The translations under genes and the position numbers were made by a program. 64,000 nucleotides of DNA from Alphaproteobacteria bacterium (GTDB lineage: Bacteria; Pseudomonadota; Alphaproteobacteria; GCA-2731375): the NCBI GenBank assembly GCA_965225945.1, contig CBDDBZ010000038.1, forward strand, positions 64,001-128,000, given 5' to 3'. This document shows positions 36,022 to 46,616 of this stretch, piece after piece. The notes under the pieces are model-generated. The model did no database searches and had not been told where the DNA came from. It saw only the letters and a list, made by a program, of their open reading frames with translations. How positions within the stretch are numbered: the stretch's first letter is position 1; the number at the start of each line of letters is the position of its first letter.

Positions 36022-36498
36022 ATGACACATACTTCTCACGAAATACGGGAAGCGCAACCTAGTGGCGTCGACCACTACGAACTTGCCTCTCAGCTGCTCG
36101 CGCAGCACGAAATTCTATATTCGAAAATTAGCGAAAACTGTAAACTACCGAGGCAGCTTATCCCCTCCGCCCTAACAGAAGTCGTTCGTTTTCTTCATCT
36201 TTGTGGATTTTCACAAGAAATCCTCACTCCTTCTATTTTGGTGGATAACATCTGGCACGAATTCATTCTCTGCACCAAAGCATATGAAAATTTTTGTGAC
36301 CTGAATTTTGGAAGGCTGATTCACCATTACCCAGGCGGTTCACGGCAAGATAATCTACAGCGGTTTGAGAAGACCCTGGAACTTTACCACTTTCATTTTG
36401 GTACCCCAGATCTTCGGTTTTGGGAAATTAGAGCATCTCCTATCTCGCCCAATTCCAGCTGTGGAAGCTGCAGAACACTCAGTGGATGGAGGAATTAA
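36022..36498 (+). CDS. Glycine-rich-domain-protein (GRDP)-like protein, AT-rich
   Basis: RFLHL..TPSILVDNIWHEFILCTKAYENFC..IHHYP motif, tail SSCGSC; visibly lower GC than its surroundings. Confidence 0.7.
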   Translation: MTHTSHEIREAQPSGVDHYELASQLLAQHEILYSKISENCKLPRQLIPSALTEVVRFLHLCGFSQEILTPSILVDNIWHEFILCTKAYENFCDLNFGRLIHHYPGGSRQDNLQRFEKTLELYHFHFGTPDLRFWEIRASPISPNSSCGSCRTLSGWRN

Positions 36499-36502
36499 TA
36501 TG

Positions 36503-37649
36503 GTAACTGCCCAGGTACATGGTGGCCTTTTAGGCGGCGTGGAGACGCTCGATCAGGGTTTCGGGATTTTCCATGAGCGCCTGGATGATGTTCCAGCCCT
36601 GTTTTCTGGCGGTCGAGATGAAGCCGCGGACGGTGGCAAAGTCTTCGGCGCCTTTCTGGCTGCGGAAGCCGCCGGAGATTTTCTGCTTGACCTTCATCAT
36701 GCGCCCGTCCTGCTCGGCCTGATTGTTGGTGAACGGCACGGCGAAATTGATGAGGAAGCGCAGCGCGTCTTCCTTGTGTGTCTGAAGGCGCCGGAGAAGG
36801 TTGTGCCCGGTGCGGCGCGGCTTGCTTCCCCGGCGCTTGGCCTTGCTCGATCTGGGCGCAAGAGGAGGTTGTGCCTCGTGAAAGGCGATGCCCTCGGCCG
36901 TGATCGCGTCGTAACACCCTCGGAAGCGCTCGACGAGGCCTGGTTTCAGCGCCACGCCCCGCTCCCGGGCGAGATTTACCGCGTGGCAGGCGCGGCGCAA
37001 TAGTCTCTGCATCTTGCGTGCCCAGCCCTCCTTCTCGATCTCGATCAGGGCTTGCAACTCGCGCAGGTGATGGGCGTTGCACAGCGCGTGCCGTACGCCC
37101 TCCATCGTAAAGTACGGCTTCCAGTGGTCATGGACGACGATGCCGCCGACTCCGCCGAGCAGGCTGCCGCGTCGCTCCGAGACCCGATAGAAGGTCAACC
37201 GCGCGGTCGAGGCGACGTGCAACCATTGGGTCCGCCCGGCGATCCGCAAGCCGGTCTCGTCCATGTGCTTGACCGGCGCCGATTTCACCAGTTCGCGGAT
37301 CACATCGACGACGCCTTGGACGGACTCGGCGCTGTTCCCGCCCCTCCGCGCGAGGCTCGCCGGAGACAGTTCCGCCCCGAACAGATCCTTCATCAATTCA
37401 GCCAGGCGGTCCTCGGGCAGGAGTTGGTAGTGCGACAGGTAGACCACCATGGCTCCGATCCGAGCGCCGTATTGAACCGGGCCGGTGATGGCGACGGGAA
37501 AAGAAGCCCGAGTGTACGTGCCGCAATGCCCGCAACGGCAGCGATGCGCCCGATGCTCCGTGACCACCAGGGGCCGGGGCTCGGGTAGATCGAAAACCTG
37601 GCGGGCCCCATGGCCGGTAGCCATATCCGGCGTCAATCCCGAACCACAC
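36503..37649 (-). mobile_element. IS66-family remnant (TnpC from 36530, 5'-truncated)
   Basis: GTAA end at 36503; RQVFDLP, HMDETG, VHDHWKPY, CNAHHLREL, TNNQAEQ. Confidence 0.88.
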
Positions 37650-37764
37650 TGTGGAACGGCGTGCAAAGTTGACCCCTGTTGAGGGGTGATCGGCGTCCAA
37701 ATTTGACCCCCTGAGCCTGGCTAGTCCAAGTCACCTCGTTTTTGGGCGGACGAGGTGGTGGGGG

Positions 37765-39276
37765 ATGTTGGTCGTGGAGACGATAGCGCGGATCCGGCGG
37801 GAGTATTTCGTCAAGGGGAAGCCGATCAAGGAGATCGTGCGGGACGTGAAGGTCTCGGGCAACACGGTGCGCAAGGTGATCCGTTCGCAGGCGACGGCGT
37901 TCACCTACGACCGGCGGGTCCAGCCGATGCCGAAGCTGGGGCCGTGGACGGCCGAGCTGGAGCGGATGCTGGAGGCCAACGAGACCAAGTCGAAGCGGGA
38001 GCGGCTGACGCTGCTACGGATCTCCGAAGCCCTCGAGGGTCTGGGCTATGGCGGCGGCTACGACGCGGTGCGGCGCTACGCCAAGGCGTGGCGGTGGCGC
38101 CGTTCGGCATCGACGGCGCAGACCTATGTGCCGTTGGTGTTCTCGCCGGGCGAGGCCTATCAGTTCGACTGGAGCCACGAGTACGTGGTGCTGGCGGGGG
38201 TGACGACCAAGGTCAAGGTCGCGCACGTCCGGCTGTGCCACAGCCGAATGTTCTTCGTCCGCGCTTATCCGCGCGAGAGCCAGGAGATGGTGTTCGACGC
38301 CCACGACCGGGCATTCCGGCTGTTCCAGGGTGCCTGCCGGCGAGGCATCTACGACAACATGAAGACGGCGGTGCAGACCGTCCTCATCGGCAAGGAGCGC
38401 GCGTTCAACCGGCGCTTCGTGCAGATGTGTGGCCACTACCTGGTCGAACCGACAGCATGCACGCCGGGAGCGGGATGGGAGAAGGGGCAGGTCGAGAACC
38501 AGGTCGGGATCATCCGCGGTCGGTTCTTCACCCCGCGGCTGCGCTTCAAGACCTACGACGAGCTCAACGCCTGGCTCTTGGACCAGTGCGTCGCCTACGC
38601 CCGGCGTCATCCCCACCCGGTGTTCAAGGACAGGACTGTCTGGCAGGTGTTCGAGGACGAGCGTCCGTCCCTGGTCGGCTATCGCGGGCCGTTCGACGGC
38701 TTCCACGCGGTCCCGGCGTCGGTGTCGAAGACCTGCCTGGTGCGCTTCGACAGCAACAAGTACAGCGTGGCGGCGCGCGCCGTCGGCCGTCCGGTCGAGG
38801 TCCATGCCTACGCCGATCGCATCGTCATCCGCCAGGACGGCGAGATCGTCGCCGAGCATGCCCGGCGCTTCGGCCGCGACCAGACCGTCTATGACCCGTG
38901 GCACTACGTGCCCGTGCTGGCGAGGAAGCCCGGTGCGCTTCGTAACGGCGCGCCGTTCAAGGACTGGGCGCTGCCCGGCGCCCTGGGTCGCGTGCGCGTC
39001 CGGCTCGCCGGCCACGACGACGGCGACAGGCAGATGGTCGAGATCCTCACCGCCGTGCTGGCGGATGGGCTGGCGGCGGTGGAGGCCGCCTGTGCCGAGG
39101 CGCTCGCTGGCGGCGTGTGCAGCGCCGACGTCGTGCTCAACATCCTCAATCGTCGGCGCCAGCCGTCCGAGACGGCGCCGATCCCGACGCCCGCGAACCT
39201 GCGTCTTCGCTTTGAGCCGGTGGCCGATTGCACCCGCTACGACCGCTTGAGGGGGGTCGGCCATGGAGCGCCATGA
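37765..39276 (+). CDS. istA: IS21 transposase IstA
   Basis: [27 protein letters not shown]. Confidence 0.93.
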   Translation: MLVVETIARIRREYFVKGKPIKEIVRDVKVSGNTVRKVIRSQATAFTYDRRVQPMPKLGPWTAELERMLEANETKSKRERLTLLRISEALEGLGYGGGYDAVRRYAKAWRWRRSASTAQTYVPLVFSPGEAYQFDWSHEYVVLAGVTTKVKVAHVRLCHSRMFFVRAYPRESQEMVFDAHDRAFRLFQGACRRGIYDNMKTAVQTVLIGKERAFNRRFVQMCGHYLVEPTACTPGAGWEKGQVENQVGIIRGRFFTPRLRFKTYDELNAWLLDQCVAYARRHPHPVFKDRTVWQVFEDERPSLVGYRGPFDGFHAVPASVSKTCLVRFDSNKYSVAARAVGRPVEVHAYADRIVIRQDGEIVAEHARRFGRDQTVYDPWHYVPVLARKPGALRNGAPFKDWALPGALGRVRVRLAGHDDGDRQMVEILTAVLADGLAAVEAACAEALAGGVCSADVVLNILNRRRQPSETAPIPTPANLRLRFEPVADCTRYDRLRGVGHGAP

Positions 39277-39991
39277 GGTCCTGGAGATGATGGCCGCACT
39301 CAAGCTCGCCGGCATGCGCGACGCGTTCGACGAGGTGCTCGCCGACGGCCTCAAGCGCCAGCATCCGATGCAGCGAATCATCGGCGAGCTGTTGAAGGCC
39401 GAGATCGCCGACAAGCAGGCGCGATCCATCAAGTACCAGATGAGTGGCGCCAAGCTGCCGCTGGCCAAGGAGCTGGCCGACTTCGACTTCACCGACACCC
39501 CGGTCAACGAGCCGCTGGTCCGCGAGTTGGCGGTCGGCGGCTTCCTGGCCAACCAGCGCAACGCCGTGCTGATCGGCGGCACCGGCACCGGCAAGAGCCA
39601 TCTCGCCGTCGCCATCGCGCGGGCCTGCATCCGCGATGGCGCCCGGGGCCGCTTCTTCAACGTCGTCGACCTGGTCAACCGGCTCGAGGCCGAAGCCCGC
39701 GCCGGCCGCCAGGGCCGGCTCGCCGATCAGCTGGCCCGGCGCGACCTCGTCATCCTCGACGAGCTCGGCTACCTGCCCTTCGCCCAAACCGGAGGCCAGC
39801 TGCTGTTCCACCTCGTCAGCCGGCTCTACGAGCGCACCTCGATCATCGTCACCACCAACCTGACCTTCGGCGAATGGCCGTCCGTCTTCGGCGACGCCAA
39901 GATGACCACCGCGCTCCTCGATCGTCTGACGCACCACTGCGAGATCATCGAGACCGGAAACGACTCCTGGCGCTTCAAGAATCGGTCCTAA
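39263..39991 (+). CDS. istB: IS21 helper ATPase IstB
   Basis: [27 protein letters not shown]. Confidence 0.93.
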   Translation: MERHEVLEMMAALKLAGMRDAFDEVLADGLKRQHPMQRIIGELLKAEIADKQARSIKYQMSGAKLPLAKELADFDFTDTPVNEPLVRELAVGGFLANQRNAVLIGGTGTGKSHLAVAIARACIRDGARGRFFNVVDLVNRLEAEARAGRQGRLADQLARRDLVILDELGYLPFAQTGGQLLFHLVSRLYERTSIIVTTNLTFGEWPSVFGDAKMTTALLDRLTHHCEIIETGNDSWRFKNRS

Positions 39992-40872
39992 AGGCAACCG
40001 ATCCACCTGCCGCCCGGTCGCCCAGGTGGGCCCACAGGAACCTCCCACGCGCGGTCCGCCGCCAGCCGCGTGGTGGGCGCGTCGGCCCGCGCGCGGGCCC
40101 CTCCTATGGACTACCTGTACGACCTCCGCCGTGCATCCCCAAAGGGGTCAACATTGCACGCCGATAGGGGGTCAATGTTCAACGCCGATTGACACCCATG
40201 TGACCTTGGCGCAGATCGCCGGCGGTTGGACCACGCCGAGTCTCGCGTAACCGCAGCTGAAACGAGCGTCTCGCCCGGCCGCGCCAGAACGGTCGGGCGG
40301 GCGGCGAGGTTCACGCTAGCGCCCGTCACCGTCTAGTCCAGATGTGCCGCGCGCCATCGCGGCCGAGGCCGGCTTCAGGCTCGCCATCTCGGGCGATCTC
40401 GCCGGCCCGGTCCATGTCACCCAGATGCGGGGCGTGCCGCTGGTCCGCGCGCTCCGCCGCCCCCTCGGCGAGACCTCGATGGTCATGCGCCTCGAGGTGG
40501 CGAGCGAGGACCGGCGCGTGGCCGAGCTGCGCCTACGCCGCTGCCCGGACAATGACCGCGGCGCCTCGCCACCAGGCGCCGAGACGAAGGCGCGGACGAT
40601 GGAGGGGGAAATCGAGAATGACGCCTGAATTAATGCTTGATGACATCGACAAGGCGTGTCGCTCGAATAGGCTGGTGCCGTCGGGAAGCGGGGTTTGGAC
40701 TGCCTCCTGACCCTTCCCGAGCACCTGTCCCGAGCCGGGTGGAGGCAAACTCTCCCCCGGCTCTTTCTTTGTGGGGCCGGTCGGGGTCGACTCCGGCCTC
40801 GGTCTCATGGCGAGCCATTTGCCCGGATCCGGCGTTAGGGACGTCGAGGCCGGGCGTGCGAAGCGCGCCGCC

Positions 40873-42003
40873 TCAAAGCTCGCCGTAGCGCCTGAGGTGG
40901 TGGTCCTGGTTGCCGAGCATGGTGTCGATCATGGTCAGCCGCTTGAAATAGTGGCCGACGTTCAATTCGTCGGTCATCCCCATGCCGCCGTGGAGCTGCA
41001 CCGACTGCTGGCCGACGAAGCGGCCCGACTTGCCGATCTGGACCTTGCCGGCGGCGACCGCGCGGGCCCGCTCGCGGGCATCCTCGTCGTCGACCTTCAT
41101 GGTCGCCATGTAGGCCATGGAGCGGGCTTCCTCCACGAGCATGAACATGTCGACCATGCGATGCTGCAGGACCTGGAACTTGCCGATCGGCTGGCCGAAC
41201 TGGACCCGGGTCTTGAGGTATTCGTTGGTCGTATCCAGCAGCACCTGCATGCAGCCGACCGCCTCCGCCAGGAGTGCGACGATGCCGCGTTCGGCGACCC
41301 GTTGCAGGATCGCCAAGCCGCCGCCGACCTCGCCCAGGACGGCCGCGCCCTCGACCCGGACCGCCTCGAAGGTGAGCTCCGAGGCGCGCTGGCCGTCGAC
41401 CGTCGGATAGTCGCGCCGGACGAGCCCGTCGGCGCCGCCATCGACCAGGAAGAGGGTGATGCCGTCCGCGTCGCGGCTGCCGCCCGAGCTGCGGGCGCTG
41501 ACCACGACCTTGTCCGCGCTCGGCGCGTGGATGACCACGCCCTTGTGGCCATCGATGACCCAGCCGTCGCCGTCGACCTTGGCCGTGGTCTCGACGTTTG
41601 CCAAATCGAAGCGCGACTGCCGCTCGGCATAGGCCAGCGCCAGCTTCAGCTCGCCCGCCGCCAGCTTCGGCAACAGCTCGTGCTTCACCTCCTCGCTCGC
41701 ACCCGCCAGCAGAGCGTTGCCGCCGAGCACCACGGTCGCGAAGAAGGGCTCCAGCACCAGGCCGGCGCCGAAGCCCTCCATGATCACCATGACCTCGATC
41801 GGGCCGCCGCCGATGCCGCCATATTCCTCCGGCAGCGCCACGGCGAGCCAGCCGAGCTCCGCCATCCGGCGCCAGTTGGCCTCGTCGTAGCCCGGCTCGC
41901 CGTCGGCGAGCTTGCGACGGGTCTCGAAGGCATAGGCCTCGCGCACGAAGCGCTCGACGCTGTCCTTCAGGAGCTGCTGTTCCTCGGATAGTGAAAAATC
42001 CAT
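40873..42003 (-). CDS. Acyl-CoA dehydrogenase (PimD-like subunit)
   Basis: MDFSLSEEQQLL, RVQFGQPIGKFQVLQHR, QLHGGMGMTDE. Confidence 0.9.
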   Translation of the reverse strand: MDFSLSEEQQLLKDSVERFVREAYAFETRRKLADGEPGYDEANWRRMAELGWLAVALPEEYGGIGGGPIEVMVIMEGFGAGLVLEPFFATVVLGGNALLAGASEEVKHELLPKLAAGELKLALAYAERQSRFDLANVETTAKVDGDGWVIDGHKGVVIHAPSADKVVVSARSSGGSRDADGITLFLVDGGADGLVRRDYPTVDGQRASELTFEAVRVEGAAVLGEVGGGLAILQRVAERGIVALLAEAVGCMQVLLDTTNEYLKTRVQFGQPIGKFQVLQHRMVDMFMLVEEARSMAYMATMKVDDEDARERARAVAAGKVQIGKSGRFVGQQSVQLHGGMGMTDELNVGHYFKRLTMIDTMLGNQDHHLRRYGEL

Positions 42004-42032
42004 TCTCTCCCCCCCCCCCCCGACGCCGCCCC

Positions 42033-42074
42033 CGGCGCCGTGGCTCCCTATAGCGGCGCCGTGGCTCCCTATAG
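42033..42074. repeat. 21-bp tandem duplication next to a C13 tract (42009-42021)
   Basis: CGGCGCCGTGGCTCCCTATAG x2. Confidence 0.85.
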
Positions 42075-42114
42075 CATTGTCCCATCCGACCTAGAGCATG
42101 AACGTCGGTCGGGC

Positions 42115-43308
42115 TCAAAGGCCCAGGACCAACTTGGCGACGATGTTGCGTTGAATTTCGTTGGTGCCGCCGTAGATCGTCGCCGCGCGCGAATACAGGA
42201 AGTCCCCCGTCTGTCCCGGCGCCATCTCGCCGCCCGGTGGCGGCAGGTTGCGAGCCGCGTCCCCGGCCACCTCCAGCACCATGGCGTAATGGCCGAGCGC
42301 CTCGAGCGAGAGCTCGGTGATTCGCTGGCGCAGCTCCGAGCCCCGAATCTTCAGAAGAGAGGCCCGCGCGCCGACATCGCCGCCCGCCGTCTCCTCCGCG
42401 AGATAGCGCAGGTTGGTGTATTCGAGCGCCATGAGGTCGACCTCCACCTCGTCGATCCGCCGGCGGAAGCCGTCGTCCTCGATCAAGGCGCCGGTGCCCG
42501 CGCTCTCACCCGCCGCGATCTCCCGCAGGCGGCGCAGGCGCTGCTTCGAGGGCCCGACCTCGGCGATCCCGGTCCGCTCCATGGCCAGCAGGAATTTGGC
42601 GTAGGTCCAGCCCTTGTTCTCCTCGCCGACCCGGTTGGCGATGGGCACGCGGACGTCGGTGAAATAGGTCATGTTGACGTGGTGGCCGCCATCGATGGTT
42701 GGAATCGGCCGCACCTCGATCCCCGGCGTGGTCATGTCGATCAACAGGAAGCTGATGCCTTCCTGCGGCTTGCCGTCGCCGGAGGTGCGCACCAGGCAGA
42801 ACATCCAGTCCGCCCAATGCGCGAGCGAGGTCCAGGTCTTGGTGCCGTTGACGACATAGTGATCACCCTCGGGCACCGCCTTGGTGCTGAGCGAGGCCAG
42901 ATCGGAGCCCGCGCCGGGTTCGGAATAGCCTTGGCACCAGAACGCCTCGCCGCTCAGGATCGCGGGCAGGAATTTCTTCTGCTGGCCTGCGTCGCCGAAG
43001 GTATAGATCACCGGGCCCACCATCTGCAGGCCGAAGGGCTGCGGCTCCGGCGCATCGCCGGCCGCCAGCGCCTCGGCGAAGAGATAGCGCCGGGTGGCAT
43101 CCCAGCCGGCCCCGCCGTGTTCCTCGGGCCAATGCGGCGCCGCCCAGCCCTTCTCGTGCAGGATGCGCTGCCAACGCCGGTGATCGGGCTTGTCGAGCGC
43201 GCGGCCGACGCGCATCGCCTCGCGAATGTCGCGTGGCAGGCGCTCGGCGACGAAGGCCTCGACCTCGGCGCGAAAGGCGATTTCCTCGGGGCTGAAGGCG
43301 AGATCCAT
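42115..43308 (-). CDS. Acyl-CoA dehydrogenase (PimC-like subunit)
   Basis: WCQGYSEPGAGSDLASL, QEGISFLL, TIYGGTNEIQRNIVAK. Confidence 0.92.
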   Translation of the reverse strand: MDLAFSPEEIAFRAEVEAFVAERLPRDIREAMRVGRALDKPDHRRWQRILHEKGWAAPHWPEEHGGAGWDATRRYLFAEALAAGDAPEPQPFGLQMVGPVIYTFGDAGQQKKFLPAILSGEAFWCQGYSEPGAGSDLASLSTKAVPEGDHYVVNGTKTWTSLAHWADWMFCLVRTSGDGKPQEGISFLLIDMTTPGIEVRPIPTIDGGHHVNMTYFTDVRVPIANRVGEENKGWTYAKFLLAMERTGIAEVGPSKQRLRRLREIAAGESAGTGALIEDDGFRRRIDEVEVDLMALEYTNLRYLAEETAGGDVGARASLLKIRGSELRQRITELSLEALGHYAMVLEVAGDAARNLPPPGGEMAPGQTGDFLYSRAATIYGGTNEIQRNIVAKLVLGL

Positions 43309-43465
43309 GGCAGCATTCCCAACACTTCTGGCGAGCGTTTCAATTTAGGCGCCGGCGGAACCGACGACAAGACGGCACGGACGGCGACGGCCGGACTTAA
43401 TTCAGTCGCGCGCGGGGGCCCGTTATGATTAGGTTTCGCGGCGGCGAACAACAGGGAGGGCGGTC

Positions 43466-43930
43466 ATGAGTGAGAGAGCATCCGTGGCGCGGGCACTGGC
43501 GGTCATCGGGCTGTTGAGCCTTTGGGTGGCCGCGCCGGCGTATGGCGAGAAAAGCGCGATCGGCCGTATCAAGACGCTCGAGGGCGACGTCACCATCGAA
43601 CGCGGCGGACGCGCGTCGGACGCGAAGCTCGGCACCGAGGTTTTCGAGAAGGACATCGTCAAAACCGGAGAGAACGGCAAGACCGGGATCACCTTCCTCG
43701 ACCAGACCCGGCTCGCCATCGGACCGGAATCCGAGATCCAACTGAAGGATTACGAATTCACACCGGCCAAGAAGGAATATTCCTTCATCACCAAGATCAC
43801 CCGCGGCACGATGCTCTTCGTCTCCGGCCTGATCGCCAAGCTCTCGCCGAGTTCCGCCTTGGTGGAGACGCCGGGCGGCACCATCGGCGTGCGCGGCACG
43901 CGCTTCGTCGTCCGCGTCAAGGGGGACTGA
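43466..43930 (+). CDS. Secreted FecR-domain protein
   Basis: Signal peptide, GITFLDQTRLAIGPES, TPGGTIGVRGT. Confidence 0.85.
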   Translation: MSERASVARALAVIGLLSLWVAAPAYGEKSAIGRIKTLEGDVTIERGGRASDAKLGTEVFEKDIVKTGENGKTGITFLDQTRLAIGPESEIQLKDYEFTPAKKEYSFITKITRGTMLFVSGLIAKLSPSSALVETPGGTIGVRGTRFVVRVKGD

Positions 43931-43933
43931 GCG

Positions 43934-44554
43934 GTGTCCACATCCGAGCGTGGACTGGTGGTGGCCGCCGCGCTGCTGCTCTCCCTCGCCGCTTGCCAAA
44001 GCGTGCCGGAGAGCGTGCCGGCGAGCGTGGTGATCCTGCTGCCGGGCGAGGACGGCAGCGTCGGCGAGGTCGAGGTCGCCAACGCCCAGGGCTCCCAGGT
44101 CCTGGGCCAGGCGCACCAATCCTCGGCGCTGCGCGGGAAACGCGCGCCGGGCGAGGCCAAGGTGCTGAAACCCGAGGACGTGGAGCGTCATTTCGGCGAG
44201 ACGATCGCTGCGGTGCCGCCGCCGGCGATGACCTTCATCCTTTATTTCGAGCTCGACGGGGCGACGCTGACCGAGGAGTCGGCGGCGCTCCTGCCCAAGA
44301 TCCTGGCGGAGATTTCGCGCCGTCCGGTACCCGATGTCGACGCCGTCGGCCACACCGACCGCGCGGGCGACGAAAAATACAACGCCATCCTCGCCCAATG
44401 GCGGGCCGAGGAGGTCAGGGACAGGGTTGTCGCCATGGGGGTCGAGGCATCGCGGATCCGCGTCTCCAGCCACGGCGAGAACAACCCCCTGGTGGCGACC
44501 GAGGACGGCGTGAAGGAGCCGCGCAACCGGCGCGTCGAGGTGACCGTCCGATAA
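43934..44554 (+). CDS. OmpA-family lipoprotein
   Basis: Lipobox LAAC, VGHTDRAG, LAQWRA, EPRNRRVEV. Confidence 0.88.
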   Translation: MSTSERGLVVAAALLLSLAACQSVPESVPASVVILLPGEDGSVGEVEVANAQGSQVLGQAHQSSALRGKRAPGEAKVLKPEDVERHFGETIAAVPPPAMTFILYFELDGATLTEESAALLPKILAEISRRPVPDVDAVGHTDRAGDEKYNAILAQWRAEEVRDRVVAMGVEASRIRVSSHGENNPLVATEDGVKEPRNRRVEVTVR

Positions 44555-44581
44555 TTCGCGCGTCGGGGGCGTCGAGCGCCG

Positions 44582-45202
44582 TCACGTGATCGGCAGCATC
44601 ACGTGGTCCTGGTAGGCGGGGCGCTCGCTCAGCCGCTGGTACCAGGCCCGCAGCCGGGGATAGTCGGGGTGCGCCACGTCGAGGCCGTACCAGCGGTAGG
44701 TTGCCGCGCCGACGGGAATGTCGGCGATGGTGAAGCGACCGCCCACCATATGGTCCCGCCCTTCCAGCCAGGCATCGACCAAGCCGAGGACGCGGGCCGT
44801 CTCTTTGGCGCCCCGCTCGATCGCGGCCATGTCGCGATCCTCGGGCGCGGTGCGGACCAGGCCCATGAAGACGGGGGTCATCGCCGGGATCAGCACCGTC
44901 TGCTGCCAGTCCATCCACTGATCGGCGAGCGCCCGGTCCATCACCGTATCCGGCAAAAGCGTGCCGGTGCCGTGCTTTTCGGCGAGATATCGGACGATCG
45001 CGTTGGATTCCCAGAGCACGAAACCGTCGTCGTCGATCACCGGGACGCGGCCGTTGGGGTTCATCGCCAGGTACCAGTCCTGGTCGTTCTGGCCGAATTC
45101 ACCGCCGGCGAGCGCGTGCTCGTGCTCCAGCCCCAGCTCGGCGATCGTCCACATCGCCTTCTGCACGTTGACCGAATTTGGCCGTCCCCAAATTTTCAAC
45201 AT
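44582..45202 (-). CDS. Glutathione S-transferase
   Basis: WGRPNSVNVQK, NPNGRVP, LWESNAIVRYL, FTIADI. Confidence 0.92.
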   Translation of the reverse strand: MLKIWGRPNSVNVQKAMWTIAELGLEHEHALAGGEFGQNDQDWYLAMNPNGRVPVIDDDGFVLWESNAIVRYLAEKHGTGTLLPDTVMDRALADQWMDWQQTVLIPAMTPVFMGLVRTAPEDRDMAAIERGAKETARVLGLVDAWLEGRDHMVGGRFTIADIPVGAATYRWYGLDVAHPDYPRLRAWYQRLSERPAYQDHVMLPIT

Positions 45203-45345
45203 CGACCAGCGTCCCTTCCCAATTCCGCGCGCCCGATTGGCCAGCGCGCCGAGGTGTTCATTTCACCACGTTGCCACTATGACATCCAGGTGCGCCGGGC
45301 GGCAGGCGCGCCGGGCGGGAGACGGCGGCTGGCCGGGATCGAGGG

Positions 45346-46488
45346 GTGATGCGGCTCAGGCTCTCGGCATTCTATGCGGCGATGTTCGCCTTCGTCGGCG
45401 TGCAGCTACCGTTCTGGCCGGTCTGGCTGCAGGGGCGCGGGCTCGATGCAGGCGAGATCGGCCTGGTTCTCGGCACCGTGCTGTGCTGCAAGGTGCTGGT
45501 CAACCCGCTGATCGCCGCCACCGCCGACCGCTTGCGCGCCCGGCGTGGCGCCATGGTGGTGCTGGCGCTCGCGGCACTGGCCGCCCATGGCGCGCTTTAC
45601 CTTTCGGAAGGTTTCTGGAGCCTGCTGGCGCTCGCCGTCTTGGGCGGCGTCGCCTTCGCCGCGATCCTGCCCTTGGGCGAGGCGATCGGCCTCGCCGTGG
45701 TCTACGCCCGGGATCTCGATTATGGTCGCCTCAGGCTCTGGGGCTCGCTCGCCTTCATCGCCGCCGCCGTGGGCCTCGGCCATGTTTTGGCCGAAGGTGG
45801 CGAGAATTTGATCCTGGGGGCGATGGTGGGGCTGCTGGCCCTCGTCGTCGTCGCCGCCCGGGCGATGCCCGAGGGCAGCGGCGCCGAGGGCGCGCCGGCG
45901 GCTCCGGGGGCGATCCGCGCCCTCCTCGCCAAGCCGATCTTCTGGCTCTTCCTCGCCACCGCCGGCCTCAACCATGCGAGCCACGCCGTGCTCTACGGTT
46001 TCGCCACGCTGCATTGGCGCCAGGCGGGAATCGCCGAGGGGACGATCGGCTGGCTCTGGGCCGAGGGAGTGGTGGCCGAGATTCTACTGTTCAGCCTCTC
46101 CAACCGGATCCTCGCCCGGCTCGGCGTCGCCAACCTGCTGCTGCTCGCCGCCGCCGCCTCGGCGGTGCGCTGGGCGGCACTTGCCGTCACCACCGATCTC
46201 GCGGCCCTGGTGGCGATCCAGGCCTTGCACGGCCTCTCCTTCGGCGCGGCGCACCTGGGCGCGATGCACTTCATCGCCCGGGCGATCCCGGCCAACCTGA
46301 CGGCGACGGCGCAGAGCCTGAATACCGCGATCGCCGGCGGCGTGATCATGGCCGGCGGCATCGCCGGCGCGGGCTGGCTCTATGGCGCCTTCGGGGGCCG
46401 CGCCTTCCTCGCCATGACCGGCCTGGCCATGGTCTCGGGCCTGCTGGCGCTCTGGCTCGGCCGGCGCTGGCGCGACCAGCGGATTTAG
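45346..46488 (+). CDS. MFS transporter (HcaT/3-phenylpropionate permease-like)
   Basis: GVQLPFWPVWL, DYGRLRLWGS, GVVAEI, QALHGLSFG. Confidence 0.85.
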   Translation: MMRLRLSAFYAAMFAFVGVQLPFWPVWLQGRGLDAGEIGLVLGTVLCCKVLVNPLIAATADRLRARRGAMVVLALAALAAHGALYLSEGFWSLLALAVLGGVAFAAILPLGEAIGLAVVYARDLDYGRLRLWGSLAFIAAAVGLGHVLAEGGENLILGAMVGLLALVVVAARAMPEGSGAEGAPAAPGAIRALLAKPIFWLFLATAGLNHASHAVLYGFATLHWRQAGIAEGTIGWLWAEGVVAEILLFSLSNRILARLGVANLLLLAAAASAVRWAALAVTTDLAALVAIQALHGLSFGAAHLGAMHFIARAIPANLTATAQSLNTAIAGGVIMAGGIAGAGWLYGAFGGRAFLAMTGLAMVSGLLALWLGRRWRDQRI

Positions 46489-46616
46489 AGCCCTCTTGGA
46501 GGGAACGCAACGGCGATCGGCCGGAATCAGGGCAATGCCTTGCGAATGGCCCGTGGCGTTGATTGCCCATACAATTAATCTTGGACCCATATCCGCCTGT
46601 TGGAAGGATGGAAGCA

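Larger units (their letters stand above)
37650..40194 (+). mobile_element. IS21-family insertion sequence
   Basis: TGT...ACA ends with tandem CGGCGT..TTGACCCC repeats at both ends; no TSD visible. Confidence 0.9.

Noticed and set aside
40200-40830. Short ORFs after the second IS21
   Set aside because: No recognisable domain or credible start; possibly a gene remnant but not supportable
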